NCBI GenBank assembly: GCA_034188985.1
Contig: JAXHVT010000023.1
Location: 62,005 to 126,004, forward strand
Direction: 5' to 3'
DNA from: Actinomycetota bacterium
GTDB lineage: Bacteria; Actinomycetota; Geothermincolia; Geothermincolales; RBG-13-55-18
Length of the DNA: 64,000 bases
The notes below the pieces were generated by a model. The model did not search any database. It was not told where the DNA came from and worked only from the letters and a program-made list of their open reading frames with translations. Position numbers and translations under genes: made by a program. Shown in pieces: positions 9,703-19,973 of this stretch (position 1 is the first letter of the stretch; every line of letters begins with the position of its first letter).

Positions 9703-11906
9703 TCGCCCTCAAGGCCCTGGCCCTGGCGGCGTTCGTATTCGTCCCGGGGTGGTTGGCCGCGTCCCTTCTCGACGGCACCTGGGGTTGGCTGGATAACCGG
9801 GACAGGCTGTTTCTGGCTTTATGCCTGGGGGCCGGCGTGGTTTCCGCGGCGGCCCTGGCCCTCTCCCTGGCCTCCACCTACAGCCTGCCCAGGTTGCTTC
9901 TCCTGGTGGGTTTCGCCAGCGCCCTGCTGGTTATCGCTGCAGGGAAAAAGATATCCTGGATTAGGCGGGTACGGCCCGGTGACGTCCTCCTCGTCATCCT
10001 ATTCGTCATCGTAGGCCTTATCCTCTTCTCCCCACCCGGCCGCACCGTCTTCGGCTGGTCGGACGTGGGCATCTACCCTAATATATCCGCCAACGTGGTG
10101 CGGGAGGGGGGAGAAGTCATGGAGGCGACGACGGTGAGGGAGGTGTCACCCGAGCACCGCGAGCTTTTGTACATGCGGAACGACAACCCCGACGTTTCCT
10201 ACGAAGCCTACGAGAACAAAGCCTTTTTTATAACGGATTACGACAGTGGAAGGGTTATTCCCCAGTTCTACTTCCTCTGGCCGGCGTTTATGGCCGTCTT
10301 CGCCTCTTTCCTGGGATTGGAGGCGCAATTCTGGGCCGTAACGGCGATGGGGATCCTGGCCCTGATGGGGATCTATCTCCTGGCCCACAGGTTTCTGGGC
10401 TGGAGGTGGGGGTTGGCCGTCACCGTGCTGGGTGCGTTGTCGCCCCTGATGATCTATTTCACCCGCTATGCGTCGACGGAGATGATGAACATGGCCTTCT
10501 TCATCCCCGGGGCCTTTTGCCTGGTGGGGTACCTGCGGGCTGAGGGCGAGGGCATGAGGAGAACGGGTATGCGGCTGACAGTGGCCGCGTCCTTCTTTTT
10601 CACGCTGTGTTTTCTGTGCCGCATCGACTTCCTGCTCGTGCTCATCCCCATAGGCTTGAGCTATCTGGGAAGGCGGGTTTATAACGGCCTGTCAAGGGTC
10701 GACTGGTGGTTCCTGGGCCTGACCCTGGCCGGCGCGGTGCTCGCCGTCCTGGTGGGGGTGGTATATTCCGCGCCGTACTTCTATTCCATACTGGGCTCAT
10801 TTGCTAGTTTCCGGGATTTCATTTTCAATCCCTTCGCCCTGGCCTTCCTGGTGATAGCAATCGTCTTCATATTCGCACCTGGATTGAGGGGGGCGGCGAG
10901 GCGGCTGGCTGCCGCCCGCGGTCTTCTGCTGGCCGTTTTCTGGCTGGCGCTTGCAGGCGGCTTTATATTTCTATATTTCGTGCGGCCGTCCGGCGGGGAC
11001 CCGGTCATCGAGTACGGCATAATCAATCCCATCCAGGGCTCGTCCTACGTAAGCCAGACCATGGTGAGGTGGGGATGGTATTTCTCCTTCGTGGGCACCC
11101 TGGCCATATTCGCCGGCTACGGTCTGTGGTTTACACGGCGCAGGAGATTCGACCATATCACTGTGGGTATGATAGGGTTCGTTTTCACGCTGGTATACAG
11201 CTGGAGTATGCGCTGCACCCCCATGCATATTCTCACCATGCGACGCCTGGTTCCGGTTGTTCTGCCCATGGCGGTGATCATGATCGCCTATGCCCTGAAA
11301 AGCCTGGTGGAGGGTGCGAGCCGTGTCTCGAGGCGCGGATCGTGGGGGACGTGGACCGCCAGGCTGGCCGCCGCGGCCGTGCTGTTCTATCTCGTATGCT
11401 ACCTGGCGAATGCCTCCATACCCATAATGGGCCTGGAGGAGGGAGGCAACCAGTTGGAGCTTTGCGGGGAGATAGCGCGGGAGGCCGGGGAGGATGCCGT
11501 CGTGCTCATGGATTTCAACCTGGGCGATCTGTTCGGCCCACCGCTGCGCTGTTTCTACGGCGTGGAGAACGGGTGGATAATGGACAACGGGGATATGGAC
11601 ACGGAGGATTTCCGGGGACTGCTCGGCGACCTGGGATTCCCGAACAGGAAGGTGTGCATACTGTGGCGCCCCGGGTTGTCGGGAGAGCACGTGCCCCTTC
11701 CCGATAGCCTGGGCTACGATCTCGAGGGCGAATATGTTTCTAGGGAGGAGATGCTGGAGAAGAGCTTCGAGCACCGGCCGGACCGGAGGGAATACGAGCA
11801 AGAGGAGATATGGCTGCTGCGGTTGAAAGAGGAATACGGGGAGGGTGACGTGCCCAGCGGCGGCCTGGAGGCGCGCGGCCGGAATCTCGAGAATGCCCGC
11901 AGCTGA
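9699..11906 (+). CDS. Large polytopic membrane protein (~735 aa, >=12 TM), GT-C-like candidate glycosyltransferase/polymerase
   Basis: TTG start with a GGGAGGG SD, overlapping the upstream stop (TTGA). There are many hydrophobic helices, plus a large loop after TM3-4 and a C-terminal soluble domain. No confident family assignment. Confidence 0.55.
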   Translation: MIALKALALAAFVFVPGWLAASLLDGTWGWLDNRDRLFLALCLGAGVVSAAALALSLASTYSLPRLLLLVGFASALLVIAAGKKISWIRRVRPGDVLLVILFVIVGLILFSPPGRTVFGWSDVGIYPNISANVVREGGEVMEATTVREVSPEHRELLYMRNDNPDVSYEAYENKAFFITDYDSGRVIPQFYFLWPAFMAVFASFLGLEAQFWAVTAMGILALMGIYLLAHRFLGWRWGLAVTVLGALSPLMIYFTRYASTEMMNMAFFIPGAFCLVGYLRAEGEGMRRTGMRLTVAASFFFTLCFLCRIDFLLVLIPIGLSYLGRRVYNGLSRVDWWFLGLTLAGAVLAVLVGVVYSAPYFYSILGSFASFRDFIFNPFALAFLVIAIVFIFAPGLRGAARRLAAARGLLLAVFWLALAGGFIFLYFVRPSGGDPVIEYGIINPIQGSSYVSQTMVRWGWYFSFVGTLAIFAGYGLWFTRRRRFDHITVGMIGFVFTLVYSWSMRCTPMHILTMRRLVPVVLPMAVIMIAYALKSLVEGASRVSRRGSWGTWTARLAAAAVLFYLVCYLANASIPIMGLEEGGNQLELCGEIAREAGEDAVVLMDFNLGDLFGPPLRCFYGVENGWIMDNGDMDTEDFRGLLGDLGFPNRKVCILWRPGLSGEHVPLPDSLGYDLEGEYVSREEMLEKSFEHRPDRREYEQEEIWLLRLKEEYGEGDVPSGGLEARGRNLENARS

Positions 11907-11957
11907 TCCGGGGGGATGAGAGAGCGTGGGCTTCCCCGAGGCTGGAGATGGGATTAT

Positions 11958-13310
11958 ATGGGACGGAAGGGCGGTTTTTCCGTAAACCTGGTGCTCAACG
12001 TTCTCCTGGCCGCGGCCATCGCTTTGGCCCTGTGGGGATTCGCGGCCGACGTCGACAATACCCTGGATTACGGCGGCGTCGACTTGAGAAACCGGGTCGT
12101 AGGCGCCCGGGTAATGCTGGAGGACCAGGATCCCTACTACTATAAGTGGAGCGAGGGTCAGCCCTATACCCTCCTGGACCCCATCGACAACCTTGAGAAT
12201 CCCGTCTCCAGGATAACGGTTACCCCTACGGCCTTGATGCTGCACGCGCCTTTCGCGTGTATCCCCTACCGGGCCCAGAGGATCGCCTGGCTGGTGGGGC
12301 AATGGCTGCTGCTGCTGGCGAGCATCCTCCTCTTCGCGTCTCGTGCGGACAGCGGGATCAAGCGCAAGATTATATGGATTATCGGCCTGTTTTTCTCCGC
12401 CACGTATATATGGCGTTTTCACGTCGAGAGAGGCCAGATGTATATCCTCTACGTTTTTCTTATAGCCCTGTCCTTTTGGGTGGCGGACGGTTCGAGCAGG
12501 TATTCCGGTTTCGTGGGGGGGGTGGTGCTCGGCATCGCGGTCAGCCTGAGGCCCACGCTTGTGGTCATGGCCATACCCATATTGATCTACAGGAAGTGGT
12601 CGCTGGTGCTGGGGGTGGTCGCCGGGATGGTCATCTTCGTATCCCTCTCCCTGGCCGTTTTCGGGCTTCCCGCGTGGAGAAGCTATGCCTCGGCCATGCG
12701 CTATCATCAGAAACCGAACCTGGGAGAGGCGATCATGGAGAGCTTCGACCACCACGATGTCACCATCGAGGGGATGGACAACATCGATGACTACCTGCCC
12801 TTCCCGAATGTCAACACCTCGCTGCAATATACCTTCAGGCGCGCCTTCGACGTTAAAGTCTCCTCCACCGCCTTTCTCGTGGCGCTCTTCTTGATAACGC
12901 TGCTGATGTCCGTTTACCTGTTACGGTACCGCGAAGCCAGGCTTTCGCTGAGTGCGATCTTCGTAATCGGCTCGACAATGATGCTGGTGGCCGACTTCTT
13001 TCTACCGGCCATCAAGGCCTATTACTCCGATATCATGTGGTTGGTGCCCCTGGCGTTTGTCATCATCGAGGGGGACAAGCTGCTGTCCGTGAGCAGGATT
13101 ATCATCGGAACCTGCCTGTTTCTGCTTGTTACAGGGTTGTTTCTTTCCTTCTCCGTTTTGTGGGCCGGCTACGACGTCCTGCTGGGCGAGTGGTGTATTA
13201 TATTGTTTCTAATAGTGGTTTCGTGGTTCCTGCCGAGGTCGTACCGGGGTGCTACCGGGCCGGATAGCGAGGTGAGTGGGTACGGGCTGGAGACGAGCGG
13301 TGGCCCTTGA
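11958..13310 (+). CDS. Polytopic membrane protein (GT87/DUF2029-like or GT-C) with DPYYY first-loop motif
   Basis: 451 aa. TM1 is followed by the loop ...VMLEDQDPYYYKWSEGQPY..., then ~10 further TM segments. Confidence 0.55.
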   Translation: MGRKGGFSVNLVLNVLLAAAIALALWGFAADVDNTLDYGGVDLRNRVVGARVMLEDQDPYYYKWSEGQPYTLLDPIDNLENPVSRITVTPTALMLHAPFACIPYRAQRIAWLVGQWLLLLASILLFASRADSGIKRKIIWIIGLFFSATYIWRFHVERGQMYILYVFLIALSFWVADGSSRYSGFVGGVVLGIAVSLRPTLVVMAIPILIYRKWSLVLGVVAGMVIFVSLSLAVFGLPAWRSYASAMRYHQKPNLGEAIMESFDHHDVTIEGMDNIDDYLPFPNVNTSLQYTFRRAFDVKVSSTAFLVALFLITLLMSVYLLRYREARLSLSAIFVIGSTMMLVADFFLPAIKAYYSDIMWLVPLAFVIIEGDKLLSVSRIIIGTCLFLLVTGLFLSFSVLWAGYDVLLGEWCIILFLIVVSWFLPRSYRGATGPDSEVSGYGLETSGGP

Positions 13311-13457
13311 GGCCGGTGACCGAGGTCTTATATAAGGGTTAAAACCAGGCGCTCGACTCCAGGCGGCGGGGTTTGGCAATATGATTCGGGAAAGCGTTGT
13401 TCAGTAACGGATAAGCCGCATTGCCGGCGGGTTTATATACGGTGGTGAAAAGAGGAT

Positions 13458-14948
13458 ATGGTGATGTCCGGTTATCCCAGGTGGCGAAGGGCCAGGTTTG
13501 CCGTCACCATGCTGATCACCCTGGCGGTGATCGTTTTATTCCTGGTATTGATCTTCAAGAACGTGGCCCCCTTTGGGGCGTCGGTCGAATACCATATCGA
13601 TCTGGAAACGGGCGTCGGCGACAAAGCCTTGCCGTCTCCCCTGGAGCCATCGGCCGCCTTGGGGGTGGATGAAAACGGGGTAGCCTACCAGGTACCCCAG
13701 AGCATGATGACGAGCGATTTGTTGACCTTCGAACTCGAGATCCCCTACGAGAATTTCGATACCGCCGAGCTGACTATCAGGTACCAGGGTGATCCCGAGG
13801 AGTTCCTGTTCGGCCTCAGGGGGGATAAGGAGAGCGAGTATCGGTATAAGCCCATACACAACAGGTCCTTGAACGAGTTGGACTGGTTCAATACGGAGGA
13901 TGCCGGTATCACCCTGTGGGAGAGGCAGGAGGATTACGCGAGCGTCGAGGAGTTCATAAGCGATCCCCTGGTGACCTCGAGCGAAGACGGACAGGAGGCT
14001 GGTCGCGCTCTCGTAGCCAGCTATTACTACGAGGTCGAACAGCCTTACCCGGAGATCGACGCTTCCGGAATCGACAGCGGCACGCGGGTCGGATCGTTAC
14101 TGAGGGGATTGCATGTTTTCTACACCGTAGTGGGCGTGGAACCACTCAGCTTCTCCTTCGACAAGAGGGAGCTGAACTGGAAAGAGGGCCCGGATCCCCT
14201 GGGTGTATTCGTTTATTCCGGCTCGGAGCTGATATGGTCCACGAGTATACCCGATGACGGGGATGAATTCGAGAGCGGCGTCATATCGCCCGCCGTGGAG
14301 TTCGACCTCACTCTTCCGGACCTGCCGGAGGGAGTATACAGGATCGAGCTGTTCTGCGACACCGATGTGATAATCGAGAACTTGAGAGCCACTCAAGGAT
14401 ACCTGAGCTTCGTGGACAAGATATTCGTGGCCGATCACGAACTCTACGAAATCGCCCCGAGCAGGCCGCAGACTGTATTCACCAACGCCGAGGCACTGTA
14501 TGTATGGACCTGGCACCCCGAGGCCTATCAGACCATAGGCGTGGACGGGGAAGAGGAGATAGTGATGGAAGAGGCGGGAATCAAGACATTCGCCTTATTG
14601 CCATATGGTGTCAAGGAATTGCGGATGGAGATGGGCGATCTGTCTTTTCTCTCTAAGGAAAGCAGCTTCGCCTTTTCCAGGGCATCGTTTTTCGATCCCT
14701 ATCCCGTGAAGGTAAAGGAATACAGCAGGGAGATCCTATATTCCGATATCGAGTACGTGATCGCGGACTACACTGTCCCGGACGAAGAGGGGGAGTGGCT
14801 GACCAGAAAGTTGACCTTCGATCTGGAGGATATGGAGATCGAGGACAATAAACTCAGATGCACGCTATGGGCACCGAACCTGGCGGTTCTTGATGGAGAG
14901 ATCGTGCTCGGTTCCCTCGATATAAAGCTGCAAAAGGATGGATCGTGA
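13458..14948 (+). CDS. Membrane-anchored acidic extracytoplasmic protein, unknown function
   Basis: 496 aa. A single N-terminal TM (FAVTMLITLAVIVLFLVLIF) is followed by a ~460-aa Asp/Glu-rich domain without recognisable motifs. Good SD (AAGAGGA). Confidence 0.5.
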   Translation: MVMSGYPRWRRARFAVTMLITLAVIVLFLVLIFKNVAPFGASVEYHIDLETGVGDKALPSPLEPSAALGVDENGVAYQVPQSMMTSDLLTFELEIPYENFDTAELTIRYQGDPEEFLFGLRGDKESEYRYKPIHNRSLNELDWFNTEDAGITLWERQEDYASVEEFISDPLVTSSEDGQEAGRALVASYYYEVEQPYPEIDASGIDSGTRVGSLLRGLHVFYTVVGVEPLSFSFDKRELNWKEGPDPLGVFVYSGSELIWSTSIPDDGDEFESGVISPAVEFDLTLPDLPEGVYRIELFCDTDVIIENLRATQGYLSFVDKIFVADHELYEIAPSRPQTVFTNAEALYVWTWHPEAYQTIGVDGEEEIVMEEAGIKTFALLPYGVKELRMEMGDLSFLSKESSFAFSRASFFDPYPVKVKEYSREILYSDIEYVIADYTVPDEEGEWLTRKLTFDLEDMEIEDNKLRCTLWAPNLAVLDGEIVLGSLDIKLQKDGS

Positions 14949-15418
14949 TGGAGACGGGAGCGGACGACATGGCCTCCGGGCCGCGAGACGGCGGCCCGGC
15001 CGGTGGCGGACTCGCATATTATCTGAGGGGATCCCTCAAGTTTCTGCTCTACATAAACTGGAACGTCTTCGCGGCCTCCTTGAACGCGTATATCGTCCTG
15101 ATAGTGCTGGACAAGCTGAAATATGGTTTTGCCAGCTTTTTCTTCAACATGAATATATTGCTGGCCGTAGTCGTGGTCACGGGCTGCGTGGCCGTTTTAA
15201 CTTCGAGCCTTACGAGAGATAGGGGAACCGCGACGACCCCGGCCCTATCCTGGAACAAGGTCTGTATTGCGGTGGTATTTCTGGGCGTAGCCGGGGCGAT
15301 CATGATCTATTTCGGATCCGCCACGACGGGCGCGACCTTGATCGTGTCGCTGGTGGTGGGAGGGGTATTGATATACGTGCTGGCTCTGCTGCTGATTTTG
15401 GACCAGGCTCTATCCTGA
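14948..15418 (+). CDS. Small 4-TM membrane protein (GtrA-like flippase candidate)
   Basis: 156 aa and hydrophobic. Its ATG overlaps the upstream stop (GTGATG). Confidence 0.45.
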   Translation: METGADDMASGPRDGGPAGGGLAYYLRGSLKFLLYINWNVFAASLNAYIVLIVLDKLKYGFASFFFNMNILLAVVVVTGCVAVLTSSLTRDRGTATTPALSWNKVCIAVVFLGVAGAIMIYFGSATTGATLIVSLVVGGVLIYVLALLLILDQALS

Positions 15419-15435
15419 TTTCCGATCCCGCTCGT

Positions 15436-15449
15436 TTTGACGTCCGCAT
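15436..15449. promoter_or_regulatory. 14-mer TTTGACGTCCGCAT, exact copy of the motif at 19974-19987
   Basis: Exact 14-nt identity between two intergenic regions, each upstream of a glycosyltransferase operon. Contains the palindromic core GACGTC. Confidence 0.35.
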
Positions 15450-15683
15450 AAACACGCCGCGTCCTTTCCCGCCCCTTTGCGACGGTCCGGCACTTTGCCG
15501 TCACGAGCATGATGGTGGGGGTGTCTTCACAATCGGCCGCTCGCATGCGGAATCTTGACTGATCCATATCCGAACCGTAGGATGATATTTGGCATAATGG
15601 TAGGGATCAAAATTCAATGGACAGCTGTTTCCAGGCCAGCGTGATAGGGAAACAACAAAGGCTTCGTAGACAAGGGAGATGCG

Positions 15684-16853
15684 ATGAACGTCGTTATTAT
15701 GCAGAATGTTAGTCTGTGCACCCATCTGGCGCTGTCGACGTATCTGAGGAGCATCGCCAAGTACCTGGCGGCACGCGAGGAAGTGAACCTGTACCTGGTG
15801 GTACAGGGCCCGGTCGCGACCCTGCCGGAAGTGCCGCCGCGCAATATTTGCTTTATCGACGCCGATACCTATTCAATCAAGTCCAATTTCAGGTTCTCCT
15901 GGCTGTCGTATAAGGCCCTCAAGGAGCTGAACAGGGAGTCGAGTATAGACCTGATCCATTGCCTGTACCCCAATTCCTCGTTGATGGGAGCGGCCATGTT
16001 CAAGCACTTGTACTCGCCGGACGTGAAGATAATCTACGATGTCCGGAGCCCCTGGATAGAGGCGAGTATCGGCAGGTTGTCCCTGGGCCTGGAATCGATA
16101 CTGTACCGCAAGATCGCCTATGCCGGCGAGGGCTTCCTGGGCCGCTTCGTGGACGGGTACATATTCATCACCAGGGGGCTGAAGGATATCTACGAGGAGA
16201 TGCTGAAGGGAGACCTGGAGCCCTCGATACTCATCCCCTCGGGCGTGGACCTCGACATCTTCGCGCGCATGGATTCGTCATCGGTCAGGGACAGTTACCG
16301 TATCGATGATGACGATATCCTGATAGGATACGTGGGGGTCCTGTCGAGGGAGAGAGAGCTGGATTTCTCCATCAGGGCGCTGCACGAGCTGAGCGATGAA
16401 GATGATAGATATAAATTGATGTTCGTAGGTCGTGGAGACGACCAGGACAGGCTGCGGCATATCTCCAGGGAGCTGGGCATCCAGGAGAAGATCATCTTCA
16501 CCGGGAGCGTGGATTACGAAATGGTTCCACAGTTCATCTCCGCCTTCGATTTCGGCTTATGCCATCTTCCGGACAAGCTGTTTTTCCGCCACAGCTTTCC
16601 CATGAAAGTCCTTGAGTACATCGCCTGCGGAACGCCGGTTCTCGCGTCCAACATAGCGGCACACCGCGATATCGCCGAGGATATCCCCATGAGCTTGTAC
16701 GGCAACGGTAGCCCGTCCGAACTGGCGCGGAAGGTGATGGAACTCAATGGCGACAACGCGGAGGCAGAGGATAACATACACATGTTCGCCTGGCCCAATA
16801 TAGCCAGCGACCTGGTTGAATACTACAGGGATATGACGGGATCCCAAGCCTGA
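15684..16853 (+). CDS. Glycosyltransferase family 4
   Basis: GT-B architecture. ...FPMKVLEYIACGTPVLAS is the E-x7-E motif. Confidence 0.8.
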   Translation: MNVVIMQNVSLCTHLALSTYLRSIAKYLAAREEVNLYLVVQGPVATLPEVPPRNICFIDADTYSIKSNFRFSWLSYKALKELNRESSIDLIHCLYPNSSLMGAAMFKHLYSPDVKIIYDVRSPWIEASIGRLSLGLESILYRKIAYAGEGFLGRFVDGYIFITRGLKDIYEEMLKGDLEPSILIPSGVDLDIFARMDSSSVRDSYRIDDDDILIGYVGVLSRERELDFSIRALHELSDEDDRYKLMFVGRGDDQDRLRHISRELGIQEKIIFTGSVDYEMVPQFISAFDFGLCHLPDKLFFRHSFPMKVLEYIACGTPVLASNIAAHRDIAEDIPMSLYGNGSPSELARKVMELNGDNAEAEDNIHMFAWPNIASDLVEYYRDMTGSQA

Positions 16854-16859
16854 TGCCAA

Positions 16860-18350
16860 ATGGATGCGGTTGAAGGGCTGAGACCCGAGGAAAAACCCGG
16901 ATTACCACCCTTATTGAGGCGGATTCCCGCTGATACATGTATATATGTCGTCCTGGTTCTCGTCCTGGTAGCATTCTCGGTATTCGTCCTCATCGAGGTA
17001 TACAGCGTGGACGGCCTTTTCTCATACGACCCTTACTATCACATGCACCTGTCCGAGTTGATGGAACGGGAAGGGGATCTGGTAACCGAGATCCAGTTCT
17101 ACGAAACCGAAGAGGCTCCTCAATACGTGAGCAGCATGAGATCGCTCACGGCTCTGATACACGAATATACCGGCATTTCGTATTTAAATATCTATAAGGG
17201 GTTCGGTCTTTTCTGTAGGATTTTCACCGCGCTGGCCCTGTTCATCACCGCCGCTTATTTCCTGCGAAGCAAGAAATACGCCCTGATCGCGGTGATCCTC
17301 TTTCTGTCGTCGCCGTACATCATTTACAGGAGCTTCATCACCTTCCCTGAGAACCTGGTTATGCCCTTCCATATCCTCATCTTCTATTCCCTGATAAAGA
17401 GCCTGAGGGAGAAAAAGGCGGACCATATTCTGCCCGTATTGATCGCCGCTTCTCTTTACATCCATTACAGGTCGATTATCGTGCCGGCGGTTCTGGTACT
17501 GGTATTTCTGCTCTTCTGGAGGAGGATAAGATACACCGTCGGTCTGCTGGCGAGCATGGCGATTCTCGCCGCCCCCATACTGGTAAGCGCGGTGGAGCAA
17601 TACGTGGCATATCTGCAGGTGAACGTAGGACCCAGCGCGGCCTGGAAACCTTATACAGTGGCCGATCCCAGCTATACCGTCCCCACGCTCAGTGGTTATC
17701 AATCTCAACTCGGAGCCCTTCTATTGCTCTTCTCCCTGCTGGGCATCCCCTTTCTCATACGCAAGATCAACGCCCAGAAATTCCTGCTGCTGGTATGGCT
17801 GGTATTCACTTTCGCGCTTACCAGGGGAAAGGCGATCGGCCTGTATGTACCCCCGGACAGGATGCTGGCGTATCTCTGCATGCCGGCCGCGCTGACGGCC
17901 GCGGTATTCTTCAAGGAGATAGTCGGACTTGAGGTTCTCACCTCGCGGGCCAGATACGTATTCGTGGCGGCGGTAACGGTGGTCCTGATCTTCTTCTTAT
18001 TCGTAAACCTGCCCTCCGTACACGGCTGGGTCGGCGTGGGAGCGGACGAGCTGAACACGTCCGAATGGCTCAACGACAACGTGTCGCAGGACGCGGTGAT
18101 TCTGCCCTTCGACCTGGACCTTATAACCATCGGTCTCGAGAGCTATAAGAACGTGGACGGCTTGAGCTATGGCGATTGGACGGAGATCTTCAGCCATCCG
18201 CTGGGCGTGAAGGACAGACTGAGGCAGTTGTATCCCGACAAGCGGATATATATCGTGACCGGAAACAAGGTTTTCTCGCTACATGACGCGGAGATCGTCT
18301 TCAGCGAGGGCGATATGAGAGTCTATACTTACTGGGATGAAGGAACATGA
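16860..18350 (+). CDS. GT-C fold polytopic membrane protein with STT3/AglB-like first-loop motif (candidate polyprenol-linked glycan transferase)
   Basis: 496 aa. TM1 is followed by ...YSVDGLFSYDPYYHMHLSELMEREGD... (compare eukaryotic STT3 HEFDPYFNYR). About 11 TM follow, then a ~110-aa C-terminal soluble domain. No WWDYG motif. Confidence 0.55.
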   Translation: MDAVEGLRPEEKPGLPPLLRRIPADTCIYVVLVLVLVAFSVFVLIEVYSVDGLFSYDPYYHMHLSELMEREGDLVTEIQFYETEEAPQYVSSMRSLTALIHEYTGISYLNIYKGFGLFCRIFTALALFITAAYFLRSKKYALIAVILFLSSPYIIYRSFITFPENLVMPFHILIFYSLIKSLREKKADHILPVLIAASLYIHYRSIIVPAVLVLVFLLFWRRIRYTVGLLASMAILAAPILVSAVEQYVAYLQVNVGPSAAWKPYTVADPSYTVPTLSGYQSQLGALLLLFSLLGIPFLIRKINAQKFLLLVWLVFTFALTRGKAIGLYVPPDRMLAYLCMPAALTAAVFFKEIVGLEVLTSRARYVFVAAVTVVLIFFLFVNLPSVHGWVGVGADELNTSEWLNDNVSQDAVILPFDLDLITIGLESYKNVDGLSYGDWTEIFSHPLGVKDRLRQLYPDKRIYIVTGNKVFSLHDAEIVFSEGDMRVYTYWDEGT

Positions 18351-18441
18351 ATACCCGCCAGCCTGTAGATGGGTTCCATACGAGGCGGTCCGGCGTGGAC
18401 GGCTGCATGGAAAGGCGCGTTATTAATCGGGGAGGACAGCC

Positions 18442-19584
18442 TTGAAGGTACTCTTCGTAACGAGTGAGCTGTATCCCTGGAAGACGGGCGGAGTGCAGAA
18501 CGTGGTTTATAACCTCGCCGCCCGGCTGGGGGAAGAGATCGATCTGGAGATGATCTGTATTCACCTCGGCGACGGCGAAGAGGGCCTGGACGGCTACGGC
18601 GACGGAGTCACCTTTCGCTTTATCGAGGACCGGGGAGCCGGCCCCCTCAAGTACCTGTACCGCAACCTGGCCTACATCCGGGCCGACGGTGGCCTGGAGG
18701 ATTTCGATATCGTGCATTTCCATATCCTCCCAGGCGCTAACTGCGCGTTTCTTCCCCGCCATATCAAAAGGCGTTCGGAGGCCAGGCTCCTGCTCTCCGT
18801 GTATGATTGGATTCCCGATGAGCTGGAGTTCTATGATACGGGCGAGAAGGTGAGGCATCTTATGCATTGGGCGGCCGCGAAGCGGGGTCTCAAGAATTTC
18901 GACGGCTATATCGTGAACAGTTCATACGTAAAGGACATTGTCGAATCCTACGGCCTTACCGGGGTGACGATAATGCCCAACGGTATCGATATGGATGAAT
19001 GGAGGACCTCGAGAAGGCTGGCCTTGCGAGGATCGACGAACATCCTGTTCTGGGGACGGCTGTTTCCCAAGAAAGGCGTGGATCACCTTATCAAGGCCTT
19101 TGCCGTGGTGACGCGGCGGTACAGGGACATTCATCTCTATATCGGAGGAGAGGGCCCCCACGAATGTCACTACCGGAAGCTATGCCGCCGTCTAGGCCTG
19201 GAAAACAGGACGACCTTTCTGGGAGGGTTGAGCAAGGATGACCTGAAGGCTTACCTGAATTCATGTGACTTCTGCGTCTTTCCTTCCATCTACGAGGGTT
19301 TCGGGATAGCGGTACTGGAGGCCATGGCGGCCTCCAGACCGGTCATCGTCTCCGAGAGGGGTGGGCAGGTCGATTTCGCCAGGCATGCATTCAACGCCTT
19401 ACTGGTCGACCTCGACAAGCCCGACCAGTTGCCCCACGCGATCCAGAGCCTGGCCACGGATGAGCGCCTGAGGCGGGAATTGGGCGAAAACGCCGCGAGG
19501 ACCGCCACCGAGTATAACTGGCGCGATATCGCCGGGCGTTATGTCGAACTGTACGAGAGCATGTTATCGAAGGGTGGGATATAA
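18442..19584 (+). CDS. Glycosyltransferase family 4
   Basis: TTG start with a GGGGAGGA SD. MKVLFVTSELYPWKTGGVQNVVYNLA...FPSIYEGFGIAVLEAMAASRPVIVS. Confidence 0.8.
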   Translation: MKVLFVTSELYPWKTGGVQNVVYNLAARLGEEIDLEMICIHLGDGEEGLDGYGDGVTFRFIEDRGAGPLKYLYRNLAYIRADGGLEDFDIVHFHILPGANCAFLPRHIKRRSEARLLLSVYDWIPDELEFYDTGEKVRHLMHWAAAKRGLKNFDGYIVNSSYVKDIVESYGLTGVTIMPNGIDMDEWRTSRRLALRGSTNILFWGRLFPKKGVDHLIKAFAVVTRRYRDIHLYIGGEGPHECHYRKLCRRLGLENRTTFLGGLSKDDLKAYLNSCDFCVFPSIYEGFGIAVLEAMAASRPVIVSERGGQVDFARHAFNALLVDLDKPDQLPHAIQSLATDERLRRELGENAARTATEYNWRDIAGRYVELYESMLSKGGI

Positions 19585-19586
19585 AT

Positions 19587-19913
19587 ATGGCGTTTCTCGA
19601 CGGCCTCAGGTCCATAGCGGCACTGCTGTTTCTGATTTTCATTCCGGGCTTCGCCTGGACCTTGGTCTTTTTTAAAGAGAGGGAGGTGGACATTCTGGAG
19701 AGGTTCGTCTATTCCATCGCCCTCTCCATCGCCCTGATGGCCATAGCCCTGTTCTTCGCGAACCGGCTCCTGGGCGTGAGGATCAACGTTCCCAACTCCT
19801 TTGCAATCGTCGTGGTGCTGACCGCGATACCGTTCATCCATAGATTTTTAAGCAAGCGGGGACACTACGACAGATTGCGCCTGAGGAGGTCGCGGAACGG
19901 CTTGAAGACCTGA
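19587..19913 (+). CDS. Small 3-TM membrane protein, unknown
   Basis: 108 aa and hydrophobic. Its ATG sits 2 nt after the upstream stop. Confidence 0.45.
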   Translation: MAFLDGLRSIAALLFLIFIPGFAWTLVFFKEREVDILERFVYSIALSIALMAIALFFANRLLGVRINVPNSFAIVVVLTAIPFIHRFLSKRGHYDRLRLRRSRNGLKT

Positions 19914-19973
19914 GGTATTCATGCCACGATAGCTTTGCGTCGACTCCGTTATTCTCGCGGGAATCAGGTTATC

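Noticed and set aside
10971-12827. 618-aa minus-strand ORF
   Set aside because: Antisense to two membrane-protein genes that have strong hydrophobic periodicity and coupled starts. His/Pro/Gly/Arg-rich junk composition.
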